NCBI GenBank assembly: GCA_035653735.1
Contig: DASRBG010000052.1
Location: 4,990 to 68,989 of the forward strand
Direction of reading: 5' to 3'
Origin: Gemmataceae bacterium
GTDB lineage: Bacteria > Planctomycetota > Planctomycetia > Gemmatales > Gemmataceae
DNA: 64,000 nt
Positions 62,861 through 64,000 of this stretch are shown here, in pieces. Position 1 is the stretch's first letter; each line of letters starts with the position of its first letter. Below the pieces are notes generated by a model. It was given only the letters and a program-made list of their open reading frames with translations, ran no database searches and was not told the DNA's origin. The translations under genes and the position numbers were made by a program.

Positions 62861-64000
62861 TTATTTGCTCGTCTTTCTGGCCGCCCATACTTCGTCCGTA
62901 TCCGGCAACCGGCGCGGCCACTGCCCGCGATACGTTACGTTTCGGACGCGAACTGAGGTGTCGTCGGCGTAGTGAAAAAGGCCGAACGTCCGCTGGTTTG
63001 TCGATTCCAATGGGCACTGGTAGATGGACGTGCCGTTTAATTCCAGCTTAACTGTGTCGCCAGATAGAGATAATTTCACGTGATTCCATTTTTTCGGTTT
63101 CAAAGGCAGCACGGCCGGCCCACGGCGATTCTTCGGCTCTGTGACGGCGTTATCCGGTGTTATGCCGGTGCGGTCGTGAATGCCGTCGGTCAGCCAGTGG
63201 ATACGCACGCCCTCCGGATCGAGAAGCAAGACGAGACGATCCAGGGCCGGATGAGCGAGGACTTTTCCCGGCTCGTAGTAAAAGTCGTATTCGATCTCGC
63301 CGTCTTCCAAGAGCGGACGATGATAGTGCAGGGCTTTTTCCTGCCAGCTTCGCGGCTGAGGGGGTTGATCCGGATCTTGAACGGGCCGAGCGCCATGGTC
63401 GGTGATTTCCTCTCCGCGCTTCTGCCAATCGCTCTCATCGTAGGACAGCCAACCGGCCAGATCGGGAGAAGCCGACAACGATAAGGATTCCGGCACTTGC
63501 GGCGTTCCCGCGATCCTCAGATTGCGAATGCCCGCCGTATTGGAATGATTGGCGTGCAACATCAGCCACGGGTCCGTCTGGAAGGGCAGCGGTTCCTCTA
63601 ACGTTTTGCGATCGTTAATGTAGACTGTATAGGTATCGCCGTGAACGCTAAGCCGGAACTTGTACCAAGGCCCCACGTTAGTCAGCGGCGGATCGATGTC
63701 CATGGACCGGATGGAGTGAGCAAAGCTGAACAAGTTGTAGCGCTTGAGCGATTGCGACAGTTCAAAACGCAGCCCGCCGTAGGCCAGCCGAGCTTCGCGA
63801 TAACCCGAGGAAGTCAGCTCGCAGGAAACCTCGAAATCGCCTCGCAGCGGAGTACGAAGATACAAATAGTCCTGAGAACGTCCGGGGTAGTGCTGGACAT
63901 TGCCGTCCCGGATCGTCCAATGCGCTCGCGGTGCACCAATCCCGCGTACCTGGGCCTGTATGTGCGAAACCACATCCCAGAATTGCAGACCAGGCTCATC
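62861..64000 (-). CDS. DUF1583 domain protein, 5'-truncated by the window edge
   Basis: The reading frame stays open from 63973 to the window end (no stop in ...DEPGLQFWDV-VSHIQ...). The sequence resembles the C-terminal laminin-G/jelly-roll-like part of planctomycete DUF1583 proteins (from memory). There is an 18-nt gap to the WD40 gene. Confidence 0.8.
   Translation of the reverse strand, partial: DEPGLQFWDVVSHIQAQVRGIGAPRAHWTIRDGNVQHYPGRSQDYLYLRTPLRGDFEVSCELTSSGYREARLAYGGLRFELSQSLKRYNLFSFAHSIRSMDIDPPLTNVGPWYKFRLSVHGDTYTVYINDRKTLEEPLPFQTDPWLMLHANHSNTAGIRNLRIAGTPQVPESLSLSASPDLAGWLSYDESDWQKRGEEITDHGARPVQDPDQPPQPRSWQEKALHYHRPLLEDGEIEYDFYYEPGKVLAHPALDRLVLLLDPEGVRIHWLTDGIHDRTGITPDNAVTEPKNRRGPAVLPLKPKKWNHVKLSLSGDTVKLELNGTSIYQCPLESTNQRTFGLFHYADDTSVRVRNVTYRGQWPRRLPDTDEVWAARKTSK

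Overview
This is a high-G+C chromosomal segment. Its gene content points to Planctomycetota: a DUF1549/DUF1553 protein, a DUF1583 protein, DUF58 plus a giant BatA/VWA protein, several WD40 proteins, four ECF-type sigma factors, and a secreted repeat protein with an Arg-rich LEGLEERMLL N-terminus. I call 43 protein-coding genes (one cut by the window edge), one tRNA-Arg(TCT) and two adjacent gene remnants. I see no rRNA, no CRISPR array and no intact mobile element. Recognisable housekeeping genes are dxr-rseP, metK, rpsT, a primary-type sigma factor, a class I/II aminotransferase, an LptF/LptG permease, an HtrA protease and an MMPL transporter. The most unusual signal is not a gene cluster. 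It is a dense population of long, often perfect palindromic elements: at least ten sequence-unrelated families and about 24 copies. Many arms are tandem heptamer arrays or small hairpins themselves. Most copies abut stop codons, but others sit in 5' leaders, in a divergent promoter region, or in frame inside coding sequences (the MMPL transporter and an AsmA/TamB-like protein). Some donate stop codons, a C-terminal tail, or possibly a start codon and signal peptide. Copies within a family show mirrored (compensatory) arm substitutions. Other points worth a second look:
- An M1-peptidase-like domain with a degenerate zinc motif is fused to an Omp85-type beta-barrel, divergent from a TamB-like gene and next to lptF/G.
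- An ECF sigma factor is followed by a single-pass His-rich protein built from three 105-aa repeats.
- A chimeric remnant joins a kinase-type N-terminus to a putative-transposase C-terminus.
- A small islet of atypical composition carries an ATGA-overlapping gene pair.
All family assignments come from motif recognition by eye. No database search, folding or statistics was run.
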